From Squalus acanthias (lineage: Eukaryota), in NCBI GenBank assembly GCA_030390025.1, contig CM059439.1, positions 63,550,001-63,614,000 on the forward strand: 64,000 nucleotides of DNA. Direction: 5' to 3'. The position numbers and the translations under genes were made by a program. Under the pieces are notes generated by a model. The model saw only the letters and a program-made list of their open reading frames with translations. It was not told the origin of the DNA and did not search any database. Below are positions 49,625 to 62,486 of this stretch, in pieces; the first letter of the stretch is position 1; each line of letters begins with the position of its first letter.

Positions 49625-51364
49625 GGGCTGAATTTTGCCTGCGCTCAGAGTGCGGGTTTGGAGGCGGGTCCGCTGTCAAAATCAAAATGATTGACAGCGG
49701 GTTGGGAGCCCGCCTCCATGTAAGTTTCCAAAGCGTCAAGTCTGCGATTTCAGAACAGACCCGACACCAAGTGGCGGGGGAGACATTAATGCTTGTTAAC
49801 TACTATTTTGCCAGCATATTTCTATTTTACCACTTTTTTAACGAGGTTCACATCGTTCGGAGATCACGTCAGGTAAGTAGGTTGGGTTCTCTATGTCTCC
49901 CCATTGCTGTGAATAGGTGACAGCTGCAAAAGTGGTATGAAAGTTACCATTTCACAGCTGTTCACTTTCCAATGTCAGAGCTTGAGACTTCAGGACTTGG
50001 AAGACACTTTTGAGCTGTATGCAGTTTAGAAATGTTTGTAGTAAACTCTCTATCCACTGTTACCTCCTTGGAGCAAGCTCTCTCACCATTGACAGATCGC
50101 TTCTGTCATCTCAACTTCAGCTGCCATCTATTCCAGCAACATCGGTGTCCTTGAAAAAATCTCACCTTGGTCCTCTTAATCCCTCCACGATCAGCCCCAA
50201 CACCAGCATCACCAACAACAACACCAACCTTCTCCGCAATCACCTGATGCTGCACAGGACAGAGGGCATCAGCACCCGACAACATTGCTGCCTGGGAGGC
50301 CAGCGATGGCCTCATCATGGCCATATTTATTTCACTTGACGCTGTACACCCTGGCTGCCACATGATGCGCCAGGTTGACACTACCCCACACCAGCACCAT
50401 AAAGCATCCCTACAATTTCCAAGCCATTCCTTTCACATTCATCACAATTGGGGGGGTGGGGGGGGGGGACGGAAGTTATGTCTCAACATTCACTGGAACT
50501 CACTAAGACGCTTCTAAAGGTGAGCACAGATCTGTCCAATAAGGTAAAGTGTTGAAAATATAGATTTCAATGTTTGACAACACATTAACAGAAAATTTAC
50601 ATGAATATTGCATAAAACACCCAAGTGCCTACCCTTGCATGCTGTTAGTTGGTATGATTGCACCAGGATAAGGGTGAGTGTGAGAGGTGGCTAGTGAGAT
50701 GAGGAAGTGATAATGTAGATAGAGAGGGATGGGTGGAGGTGCAAGGTAAGTTGGTGTGAGTAAGGATGTGCAGGAGTAGGGTAGGGAAGGCAGAGTGATG
50801 TGTATGTGATGAGAGGCACAGCAGGGTGAGTTTGAGTGTGGCTTTGCAGTAACGTTTCGTGATCTACTGTGATCATTGAAAGGTTTGCGCCACTACAGCC
50901 AGGTCATCCTGACAACATCCCTGCTTGTGCTCTCCTGTGCAATGTGCAACCAGGCTGCGTTGGTGTCCTGGGGAGGTGCCTTCTGCCCATGGGAAGGGAA
51001 GAAAACCTCCTTGCGTGCTGTGACTCTCTCCATAAGCATATGGAGGGAGTAATGGGAGAGCTCGAGTGCAGCCATGCACCTTTGTGCAGTGTTTGCAGCA
51101 CCTCAATGCTGCAGAACACTGACAGAACAACTGTCAAAATATATGTGGCCATGGTCCCTTTAAGGAAACAGGCTGATGACGCGTCATCAAATGACGTCAT
51201 CAGACCAGCTTCCTTTTAATTGGCCGGGAACCTCGCAGGGCAGGCTTAACAAGCCCAATCAGGGCAAAATCCTTTTCACAGAGCGGCTGGAGCTGGGAGC
51301 GGGACCGGGACCTGCCAACGACCTCTCCCACCGTGATCCCGCCTCCGATGGCAAAATCACGGCC
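49625..51364. mobile_element. Non-autonomous internally deleted Harbinger derivative
   Basis: TIR gggctgaattttgcc / ggcaaaatcacggcc with ATA/TTA flanks, splitting the CR1 motif VRPH|LEYC. Retains a transposase 5' remnant (about 50090-50300) and a Myb exon-1 remnant (about 50850-51075, -). Confidence 0.85.
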
Positions 51365-52220
51365 TTAGAGTATTGCGTAGAGTTCTGGTCACCATATTAT
51401 AAAAAGGATATATAGGCACTGGAGAGGGTGCAGAGAAGTTTTACAAGGATGATACCAGAAATGCGAGGGTATACATATCAGGAAAGGATGAACAGGCTAG
51501 GTCTCTTTTCTCTTGAAAAAAGGCGGCTGAGGGGTGACCGAATAGAGGTATTTAATATTATGAGAGGTTTTGATCGAGTGGATACAGAGAGAATGTTTCC
51601 ACTTGTGGGGAAGAGCATAACTAGAGGTCATCAATATAAGATAGTCACCAAGAAATCCAATAGGGAATTCAGAAGAAACTTCTTTACCCAAAGAGTGGTG
51701 AGAATGTGGAACTCGCTACCGCAGGGAGTGGCTGAAGCGAATAGTATAGATGCATTTACGGGGAGGCTAGACAAGCATATGAGGGAAAAGAGAATAGAAG
51801 GTTAGGCTGATAGATTTAGATGAGGAAAGACGGGAGGAGGCTCGCGTGGAGCATAAACAGCGGCATGGACTGGTTGGGCTGAATGGCCTGTTTCTGTGCC
51901 GTATATCCAATGTAATCCATTAATGGAAAGTTGATCTCAGGTGTGGTATGGAATGAGCAGCGGGATCGCGACCTGCCACGGTGACCACCTGCACCCGACT
52001 CGCCTAGGTACAGAAAATCCCGGCCAAAGAGAGGGAAAGAAAGATGGGGTTAAGAGAGAGAGAAAAGAGACAGAAAGGAAAAGTAAGAAAAACATTTTAA
52101 ATTTAAAAATTTGACATTTTTAAAATTTCCAATAATTCACAACCTGAAGGAGTGAGACTCCACACTTTTAATTGTTCACTTTCTGGGCCAGAGAGGTTGA
52201 TTGGCAGTCATTAACAATTA

Positions 52221-52646
52221 TAGAAACATAGAAACATAGAATCTAGGAGCAGGAGTAGGCCATTCGGCCCGTCGAGCCTGCTCCGCCATTTAATACGATC
52301 ATGGCTGATCATCCAAATCCAGTACCCTGTCCCTGCTTTAATCCCCACAGTACACATATCCCACCCTACCCCCGTAACCCCACGTATTTAATTCCCCCTA
52401 ACATATCCCATCCTATCCCCATAACCCCACATATTTAATCCCCCCCCTAACACTAAGGGTCAATTTATCATAGCCAAATCAACCTAACCCGCACATTTTT
52501 GGACTGTGGGAGGAAACCGGAGCACCCGGAGGAAACCCACGCAGACACGGGGAGAATGTGCAAACTCCACACAGACAGTCACCCGAGGTCAGATTCGAAC
52601 CCGGGTCTCTGGCGCTGTGAGGCACCAGTGCTAACCACTATGCCAT
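52221..52646 (-). mobile_element. V-SINE, HE1-like, with CR1-derived 3' tail
   Basis: tRNA head, V-domain gtggagtttgcacattctccccgtgtctgcgtgggtttcctccgggtgctccggtttcctcccacagtccaaa, tail matching CR1 61215-61303. Confidence 0.9.
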
Positions 52647-53065
52647 GTCGTTAAAAGGGTATTTGCGCTGTTAATTCCTAGACTTCACTTTCTGTGGCAA
52701 GTTTAATGGGCAATTAATGTGCAAATCCACCAATTTCATGAAACTCACGGGGAGGTTAAGGGCGGGATGCCGTTTTTGCGAAGCTTTGGTAAATTGGCCA
52801 GCAACTTGTGACGATTCACAATTCACGGGGTATCTCTTCCTCGCCACAATTTGCTGGCTGATTTATGCATTAACAATGGCGTGCGTCGTTCAGACGCTGT
52901 TATTTTTTCAGTAAATTCTGGGCCATTATTGCTCCAATGCTCGCCGTTACAACATTGCCTAGTAAAGTCAGAATTCAAACTGTGTCACATTGGATCAAAC
53001 TGAACAATTGTTCACCAATTGAGCGTTTGATTCAATCTAAAAAATAAACTTTGTAAATAAGGTTA

Positions 53066-53443
<378 letters not shown>

Positions 53444-53659
53444 TCAAAAAATATCATTCTACTGCACAAGATTTACTTCAATACTTACAAAGCGTGTTAA
53501 TAATTTTACGTAGAAAATGGCCAGATGCTTTCTCAACAGCTCAGTGGTCGATGTAGCACCCAGTGTAGTACTGAGCCATTTGGGAAGTATGCAGGTTCCA
53601 GCCCTTGTCTGTGCTGAGTCAGCTGATCTCAGCTAGGACACTTTTGGCTTTTTACAATT

Positions 53660-54050
53660 GAAAGAAAGAACTTGCATTTATACAGCACCTTTCACGACCT
53701 CAGGATGTCTCAAAGCGCTTCACAGCCAATTAAGTACTTTTGAAGTGTAATCACTATTGTAATGTGAGGAAACGCAGCAGCCAATTTGAGCACAGCAAGG
53801 TCCCACAAATAGCAATAGGATTAATGACCAGGTAATCTGTTTTTTTAAGTTATGTTGGTTGAGGGATAAATATTGACCACGAAGCTGGTAGAACTCCCCT
53901 TCTCTTCAAATAGTGCCATGGGATCTTTTCTGTCCACCTGAGAGGGCAGAAGGGGCATCGATTTAATATCTCATCAAAAAGACAGGACCGCTGACAGTGC
54001 AGCATCTCCTCAGTACTGCACTGAAGTACCAGTCTAGATCGTCTGCTCAA
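53660..54050 (-). mobile_element. Deu-domain SINE inserted into an older family B SINE (53540-53655 and 54050-54300)
   Basis: Deu core and tail, with family B motifs on both sides. Confidence 0.8.
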
Positions 54051-54701
54051 TTGGATTCAATGCCCCTGGGATGAGACACATCAACCAGGATTCGCACTCC
54101 ACATCACTATCCAGTGACCCAATGACCATTTGTGGACATAAGGCGTGAACAGGATTTGGCTCGGCTGCGATGACCTTCACGATAGATTAGCCCAACAATA
54201 CCACTATACCACTGTCTAGACTCACAGGTGAAGAATAGTCTCGGGGTGAGGTACCAAATTCTGCCGACACGCACTCAGTGCCATCAAGAAAGGAGTACAG
54301 AAAACGGGGTTGGGGGGGCGGGGGGGGGGGGGGGGGGGGGATGATGGTGGGGTGAGAAGAAATTGGACAGACTGCAGGGGTGATCTTCAGCACCAGATTT
54401 TCATTTTCATTAAAATTACAGGTTTTAAAACTTGACCACAGTTTCACCCTGAAAACAAACACGTCTTTGACACAGTGAGCTGTGTAGTCAGTATTCTCTG
54501 AAATTTGTGCTTTTGTTTCTATTGGCCCTGAGTTCAACAGAAATCAGCTTAACATTGGTCACACAATGTTCTTATCAAGATTTAAAAGTAATTTCCTAAA
54601 AACAAAGGAAGAAAAGAAACAGAGAGAGAGTATATTATCAATTTAAACCCATGCAATATATATGTATCAGTTAAAACACACACAGATGATTGCTGCTTTA
54701 C

Positions 54702-54777
54702 CTGGTCTGGCTGTGACTCTGCAGTCAATCCACAATAACAACACTGCTACGGCAACCTGCCCTACACTATTTTGCAT
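54702..54777 (-). CDS. CDCP2: CDCP2 first coding exon (signal peptide MQNSVGQVAVAVLLLWIDCRVTARP)
   Basis: Hydrophobic core and phase-1 donor CAG|gtaaag compatible with exon 2. Full CDS 1620 nt = 539 aa. Confidence 0.75.
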
Positions 54778-56883
54778 TGCTGAGCATATAAAGAAAACTA
54801 AAAACCCAGACAGGAAAGGCAAAATTATATAATTCTTTACAGCAACATATGAAGTAACACACAATGGTTGTAGAATTAATAGTGGCATTAATAATTCACT
54901 AGTAGTCTGAATTAGAAACTTGATCCATCTCTGGTTCCTTTCAGTAAATATTAATGAGCTGGATCCAGTGTCCTCACCCTCCACACTGCACTATACAACT
55001 TGTTGTACAATCTTTGGAACAATGACGTAAATATTTAATTTGCTCAAGTCATAAATATTCTCTTGTAAATTTAGGAATGATCCCATATTCATTAATTACT
55101 TTATGGAAATCTTTACAATTTAACATTAAAAATTGATCCATTTAACAGATGCTGGTAAGTACAAAAGAACCCAAAGGGATTTTAAAAGCTCTGAGGTTGC
55201 TAGCTTTAAAGACTGTAATTAGAAGCCCATGGACATCGGGTCCATGAGTCCTCTCCCCTGCACCCCTCCCCAACCTTGGTAGTACCCCCCTTTTAACTCA
55301 AGTTTTCTTTTGATGATTTTGAATAATGATTTTTGAAAATCTTCGCAAAATTCAGTTCAATTTTCTCTTCTTAAGGCAATGACTGCACCTTATCAGTCCT
55401 AGGTAACCCTAGAAAGTATGCATGTGTAGATATTGAGGAAAAATATGATCGGGCTCAGCTGTGAGGATCTTCATGGTTGAACAGCTTGCCGACACTCAAT
55501 ATCTAAGCTCATACATGAAGAATAGCTACTTGGGCATGGTACTAGTAGACAGCTGGCACCCACGGAACATATCCTAGCAAGATTGGGCGTGTTCAGCAGA
55601 GGAGAGGAGAAAATGCATGCAAGAAAAGGGTGTTGGATTAAAAAAAGGAATGCAACAATTTATGTAGACCATCTGATCAGAATCAATAGCTCTTTTAATA
55701 ATTTAATCAATTTAGAGGTCAAATGGGGGCAGTTGTTTTGAGTGTGTTAGGAATGTGAGATTTTTATTCCCAGAATTGTAACTGAAAGGAACATTGCAGT
55801 CTGTCTGCTGTGTCTCCCTAATCCTGGCAGGAGATACTTCAACGTAGTGAACAAGAATATATTAATTTTCAGAATTTACCATATGGAGCGCAGTATCTTC
55901 AAAGCAAGGTGAAAAGTAATACAATGTCCATGTCTTACCATATCTTTCTTCACTGATTTAACTTTTAACTGTGACTAACATACTTGTTCCATGCTGTTCA
56001 ATTGAATGATCGCTTGATACCAACTGAGCCCTGGTGTGTTAAGTCTTGTAATTTACAGTCCAACCATCTCAGGCCTGGTCTTTCCCCAACCAGGATCAGT
56101 TACATCAATTTCTGATGGTACCAATCTACAGCCATCAGGCACGAATACCCTGCCCATCACAATCCGCTTGCTATAACACACTGTTAGTGTACACAGGCTA
56201 CTCCTCATACCTCCCCCCTTCCCACTGTCCAGGGCCCCAAACACCCCTTCCAGGTGAAACAGCGATTTACTTGTACTTCTTGCAATTTAGTATACTGTAT
56301 TCGCTGCTCACGATGTGGTCTCCTCTACATTGGGGAGACCAAACACAGATTGGGTGACCGCTTTGCGGAACACCTCCGTTCAGTCCGTAAGGGGGACCCC
56401 GAGCTTCCGGTCACCTGTCACTTTAATTCACCGCTTCACTCCCACTCAGACCTCACCGTCCTCGGCCTCTTGCATTGTTCCACGGAAGCTCAGCGTAAGC
56501 TCGAGGAATAGCACCTCATCTTTCGATTAGGCACTTTACAGCCTTCTGGGCTCAACATAGAGTTCAACAATTTCAGATCATAACCTCAGCCCCTATCATA
56601 TATATATATTTTTTATCCACACTCTTTGTCTGTCTTTTTTTTTCTTCCCCACATGGCAGCTGTCTTTCATTCTGCCAGCGCAATTTACACTTCATCTAGA
56701 GCCATCCTTTGTTTCTTAACCTGTCCCATTACCATCTCCTTTTGCCTTGAATATCTCTTAATGTCTCTTAACCTCTCCTGCCTTCTATCCTATCACAGAC
56801 CTTCCCTTTTGTTCTTTCATCCCCTCCCCCCTTTCCCAGCCTCTACACTTGCTTAAAAATCTGTTCCATTTCCTGCTTTTTTC

Positions 56884-56921
56884 CAGTTCTGACGAAAGGT
56901 CATCGACCTGAAACGTTAACT
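56884..56921 (+). ncRNA. Minimal hammerhead ribozyme in the 5' pLTR
   Basis: AGUU-CUGACGA-A-AGGUC(AUC)GACCU-GAAAC-GUU|AACU. Confidence 0.78.
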
Positions 56922-57056
56922 CTGTTTCTCTCTTCACAGATGCTGCCTGACCTGCTGAGTATCTCCAGCATTTTCTGTTTTTATCTCAGATTTCCAGCAT
57001 CTGCAGTATTTTCTTCTTGTATTAGTGTTTAATTCACTGCCACCTCTCTTCCAGGA

Positions 57057-59786
57057 ATGCCCACCTTGAAGAAGTTCTGCTCTTCTCTCCGATGGGAGTT
57101 CCGTTTGTCTCTTTTACCTTGTTCATCTTCATTGCTTTCTGTCTCCCTTCTCATGTTAGATCAGGTATCTACCAAAACTCGCTTTCACAGCCACAATACT
57201 TTCCTCAGCAACTGTTTCCGGCTCCGACTTACTCCACGTGGATTCCAACTGAAATTCCACCCTTTGTGTTTTGGATCCACCCAGGACTACAGATATCTCC
57301 AAGATATTCAGCGCTCCTCGAACCACTGCTCTCGCCGTATCCTGAGATCGACGCTGAATGCCATGCGCCGCCACATGAACACTCTCGACCTCTCTCTTCA
57401 GCAGCACCAACTCACTCTATCTCAAAGCTGTCCTGGTCCGCAGTTCCATTTCATCCTTCGCCTCATCCGGCACTTTAACAAAAAACTTTTTTTCTTCCTT
57501 TCAGGTGTCAAGGATCGCAAGCTTCAACAACTCTTGGACACCAACGGCCCTCTGGAACCTTCTTCCCCTTCACTTTCCTCTGACCCCATCCCTTCTCCCA
57601 ATCTCATCCCCTGCCGCGTTTTCAGTATCCCCTCTGACCTTCCCCTCTCTGACCCCGAACGATCAGTCCTTAGCAAAGGCCTGAGCTTCATCCCCTTACG
57701 CCCCCACCTCAATGAATTTCGAGCTCGGCACGATGCTGAGCTCTTTTTCCGCCGCCTTCGTCTCCGTGCCCACTTCTTTGGCCAGGAGTCTTCCCCACGC
57801 ATGGCTGACCCTTTCTCCCGCTTTCAGAATTCTCGTTCTACCTGGACCCCTCCCTCTGGCCTCTTATCCTCCCTAGATCTTTTCATTGCAAACTGCCGGC
57901 GTGACATCGGCCGTCTCCATTTCTCTGCTCCCCTCACTCACTCCAACCTTCCTCCCTCTGAACTTGCAGCACTCCATTCTCTCAGATCCAACCCCGACAT
58001 TGTCATTAAACCTGCTGACAAGGGTGGTGCTGTTGTTGTTTGGCGAACCGACCTCTACCTAGCGGAAGCTGAACGCCAACTCTCCGACACCTCCTCCTAC
58101 CTCCGCCTGGACCATGACCCCACCACTGAACATCAAGCCACCATTTCCAAGACTGTCACTGACCTCATCTCCTCTGGAGATCTTCCCCCCACGGCCGCCA
58201 ACCTCATAGTTCCCCAACCCCGCCCAGCCCGCTTCTACCTCCTTCCCAAGATCCACAAACAGGACTGCCCTGGTAGACCCATCGTTTCAGCCTGTTCTTG
58301 CCCCACAGAACTTATCTCTTCCTATCTCGACTCTATTTTTTCTCCCCTTGTCCAGTCTCTTCCCACTTACATCTGTGACTCTTCCGACGCCCTCCGCCAC
58401 TTTAACAGTTTCCTGGCCCCAACCGCCTCCTTTTCACCATGGACGTAGAATCCCTCTACACCTCCATCCCCCACCAGCATGGCCTGAGGGCACTCCGCTT
58501 CTTCCTTGAACAGAGACCCAACCAGTCCCCATCCACCACCACCCTCCTCCACCTGGCTGAACTTGTTCTCACATTGAACAACTTCTCCTTTGACTCCACT
58601 CACTTCCTCCAAATCAAAGGTGTTGCTATGGGAACCCGCATGGGTCTTAGCTATGCCTGCCTTTTCGTGGGATATGTGGAACACTCTTTGTTTCAGTCCT
58701 ACTCAGGTCCCCTCCCTCACCTCTTTTTCCGGTACATTGATGACTGTATTGGTGCCGTTTTCTGCTCTCGCCCTGAACTGGATAATTTCATTCACTTTGC
58801 TTCCAATTTCCACCCTTCCCTCACCTTCACATGGTCCAGCTCCGACTCTTCCCTTCCCTTCCTCGACTTCTCCGTCTCCATCTCTGGGGATAGGTTATTG
58901 ACAAACATTCACTACAAGTCCACTGACTCCCACAGCTACCTGGACTACACTTCCTCCCACCCCGCCTCCTGTAAGGACTCTATTCCATTCTCCCAGTTTC
59001 TCCGTCTCCGCTGCATCTGCTCTGACGATGCCACCTTCCATACCAGTGCTTCTGACATGTCTTCCTTTTTCCTCAACCGAGGATTCCCCTCTACTGTGGT
59101 TGACACGGCCCTTGACCGTGTCCGTTCCATCTCCCACACTTCTGCCCTCACCCCTGCCCCTCCCTCCCGGAACCACGACAGAGTTCCCCTTGTCCTCACC
59201 TTTCACCCCACAAGCCTCCACATTCAACGGATCATCCTCCACCATTTCCGCCACCTCCAGCGTGATCCCACCACCAAACGCATCTTCCCCTCACCTCCAC
59301 TTTCAGCATTCCGTAGGGACCGCTCACTCCGCAACACCCTAGTCCACTCCTCTATCGCCCCCAACACCCCCACCCCTTCGCCCGGCACCTTCCCGTGCAA
59401 GCGCAGGAGATGCAACACATGCCCTTATACCTCCCCCCTTCCCACTGTCCAGGGCCCCAAACACCCCTTCCAGGTGAAACAGCAATTTACTTGTACTTCT
59501 TGCAATTTAGTATACTGTATTCGCTGCTCACGAAGTGGTCTCCTCTACATTGGGGAGACCAAACGCAGATTGGGTGACCGCTTTGCGGAACACCTCCGTT
59601 CAGTCCGTAAGGGGGACGCGAGCTTCCGGTCGCCTGTCACTTTAATTCACCGCTTCACTCCCACTCAGACCTCACCGTCCTCGGCCTCTTGCATTGTTCC
59701 ACTGAAGCTCAGCGTAAGCTCGAGGAATAGCACCTCATCTTTCGATTAGGCACTTTACAGCCTTCTGGGCTCAACATAGAGTTCAG
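57057..59786 (+). pseudogene. Penelope RT plus GIY-YIG endonuclease ORF (frameshifts near 58410 and 59617, stop at 59728)
   Basis: KPADKG, LPKIHK, GRPIVS, MDVESLYTSIP, GVAMG, RYIDD, Cys linker CKRRRCNTC, NLVYCIRC..LYIGETKRRLGDRFAEH. Confidence 0.92.
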
Positions 59787-61303
59787 TAATAGAAATAGTA
59801 GATGCATTGCTGGTCATCTTCCAAAATTCTATAGACTCTGGAACAGTACCCATGGATTGGAGGGTAGCTAATGTTACCCCACTATTCAAAAAAGGTGGTA
59901 GAGAGAAAACGGGGAATTATAGACCGGTAAGCCTGACATCGGTAGTGGGGAAAATGCTAGAGTCCATTATAAAAGATGTAATAGCAGAGCACTTGGAAAA
60001 CAGTGACAGGATCGGACAAAGTCAACATGGATTTACAAAAGGTAAATCGTGCTTGATTAATCTACTGGAATTTTTTGAGGATGTAACTGGTAAAATAGAT
60101 AAGGGAGAACCAGTGGATGTGGTGTATTTGGACTTTCAGAAGGCTTTCGATAAGGTCCCGCATAAGAGATTAGCGTGTAAAGTTAAGGCACATGGGATTG
60201 GGGGCAAGGTATTGACTTGGATAGAGAACTGGTTGGCAAACAGAAAGCAGAGTTGGAATAAATGGGTCTTTTTCCGAGTGGCAGGCAGTGACTAGTGGGG
60301 TACCGCAGGGATCGGTCCTAGGACCCCAGCTATTCACAATATATATTAATGATCTAGACGAGGGAATTGGATGTAATATCTCCAAGTTTGCAGACGACAC
60401 AAAGCTGGGTGGGAGTGTGTGCCGTGAGGAGGATGCCGAGAAACTCCAGTATGATTTGGACAGGTTGGGTGATTGGGCAGAAGCATGGCAGATGCAATAC
60501 AATGTGGATAAATGCGAGGTTATCCACTTTGGTGTCAAAAACAGGAAGGCAGATTATTATCTGAATGGCAATAGATTGGGAGAAGGGGAAGTGCAACGAG
60601 ACCTGGGTGTCCTTGTGCACCAGTCGCTGAAGGTAAGCATGCAGGTGCAGCAGGCGGTTAAGAAGGCAAATGGTATGTTGGCCTTCGTAGCGAAAGGGTT
60701 CGAGTACAGGAACAAGGGTGTCTTGCTGCAGTTGTACAGGGCCTTGGTGAGACCACATCTTGAGTATTGTGTGCAGTTTTGGTCGCCTTATCTGAGGAAG
60801 GATGTTCTTGCCATGGAGGGAGTGCAGCGAAGATTCACCAGGCTGATACCTGGGATGGCAGGAATGACGTATGAGGAGAGATTGGGGCGATTGGGCTTAT
60901 ACTCGCTGGAGTTTAGAAGAATGAGAGGGGATCTCATTGAAACTATTCTAACAGGACTAGACACAGGAAGGATGTTCCCGATGGCCGGGGAGTCCAGAAC
61001 CAGGGGTCACAGTCTAAGGATAAGGGGTAAGCCATTTAGGACTGAGATGAGGAGGAATTTCTTCACCCAGAGAGTGGTGAACCTGTGGAATTCTCTACCA
61101 CAGAAGGCAGTAGAGGCCAATTCATTAAATATATTCAAGAAGGAGTTAGATATATTTCTTAAAGCTAAAGGGATCAAGGGATATGGAGAGAAGGCAGGGA
61201 CAGGGTACTGAATTTGGATGATCAGCCATGATCTCATTGAATGGCGGAGCAGGCTCGAGGGGCTGAATGGCCTACTCCTGCTCCTATCTTCTATGTTTCT
61301 ATG
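59787..61303 (+). mobile_element. Young CR1 LINE (HER1-like) inserted into the Penelope 3' repeat
   Basis: Largely open RT ORFs (YLDFQKAFDKVPH, FADDTK) and (CTATGTTT)n tail. Splits gagttca|acaatttcagat. Confidence 0.92.
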
Positions 61304-61614
61304 TTTCAACAATTTCAGATCATAACCTCGGCCCCTATCATATATATATATTTTTATCCACACTCTTTGTCTGTCTTTTTTTTTCTACCCCACATGGCAG
61401 CTGTCTTTCATTCTGCCAGCGCAATTTACACTTCATCTAGAGCCATCCTTTGTTTCTTAACCTATCCCATTACCATCTCCTTTTGCCTTGAATATCTCTT
61501 AACCACTTCCGTCTTCTATCCTATCACAGACCTTCCCTTTTGTTCTTTCATCCCCTCCCCCCTTTCCCAGCCTCTACACTTGTTTAAAAATCTGTTCCAT
61601 ATCCTGCTTTTTTC

Positions 61615-61652
61615 CAGTTCTGACGAAAGGTCATCGACCTGAAACGTTAACT
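61615..61652 (+). ncRNA. Minimal hammerhead ribozyme in the 3' pLTR
   Basis: Identical to 56884-56921. Confidence 0.78.
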
Positions 61653-62302
61653 CTGTTTCTCTCTTCACAGATGCTGCCTGACCTGCTGAGTTTCTCCAGC
61701 ATTTTCTGTTTTTATTTCTACTCCTCACTACTTTGGTGTTAGTCACTCTATCTTCTCTATTCCTCACAAGTGGCATAAAATGGTATATTGAACTTTCCTC
61801 ATTATGTATACTAGTTATACAACAAATTTATTGATTGAATTAGTAGGTATGTTTTAAAATTGAGTTTATTTTCATTAGGAGGATAAAAGGTGCCATGTGA
61901 TTTGCCCCACATAGTGACCGTTCACCCTTTGATATGACTTTATTACAGACAATGGAAAGTAGAGGTTGCTTTTCTGATCCTGAGAGAAGTGTCCCAATTA
62001 TACTATAGCTTTTGCATTAATAGTATGCAGTTTCCCTGTTGCATTATTGTGTAAAAGTGTGGTATAATTGGGCAGGGATGTTGTCAATCTGATGGTAGAT
62101 TAGGTTTTGGCAAGCGGTGAGAGTCCCTTTGTATTTGGACATCAATGAGCCAACCTCAGCGCCTCCATGTAAGCACATATGCATAAAGCTCCACTGTGCC
62201 TGCCCACAGCATGATGTGGAGCCAGCAGTATAACTCCATGCTGCCCGTATGACCGCTCGAAGTGGATACCAGTGTCAGTTTAACATCACCATTAAACACC
62301 TA

Positions 62303-62486
62303 AGTAAAAAGCAAAATACTGCAGGTGCTGGAAATCTGTAAACAAAAACAGAAAAAAGGTGGAAATACTTAGCAGCTCAGGCAGCATCTGTGGAGAAACA
62401 GAAGTCAACCTTTCGAGTCTGGCCTAAAACATCGATTTCTGCATCTACACAGATGTTGCCTGAGCTGCTGAGTATTTCCACCTTTT
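62303..62486. mobile_element. About 185-bp fold-back mini-element from the Penelope pLTR end
   Basis: Inverted arms aaaaggtggaaatactt..cagctcaggcagcatctgtg / cacagatgttgcctgagctgctgagtatttccacctttt. 15-bp TSD accattaaacaccta at 62288-62302 and 62487-62501. Confidence 0.85.

Larger units (their letters stand above)
46848..51915 (+). mobile_element. CR1 LINE (5'-truncated within the endonuclease), itself carrying two insertions
   Basis: QYVKSPTREDSLLDLV..GNNDHN, NYRPVSLTS, YLDFQKAFDKVPH, GVPQGSVLGP, FVDD, RMWNSLPQ, CR1 tail. Confidence 0.9.
42733..52025. mobile_element. Two-gene PIF/Harbinger transposon (degenerate), split by a CR1 insertion
   Basis: TIR gactggaattttctg / cagaaaatcccggcc (12/15), flanks TAA/AAA, convergent transposase and Myb genes. 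Confidence 0.85.
42332..52924. mobile_element. Outer Harbinger-type MITE (own sequence 42332-42732 and 52026-52924) hosting nested insertions
   Basis: Perfect 12-bp TIR ggcccagaattt / aaattctgggcc with ATT duplicated on both sides. Confidence 0.85.
56208..61717 (+). mobile_element. Near full-length Penelope-like element (Neptune-type) with direct pseudo-LTRs
   Basis: 5' repeat about 56208-56985 matches about 59428-59786 plus 61304-61717. 10-bp TSD ctactcctca at 56198-56207 and 61718-61727. Confidence 0.92.
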
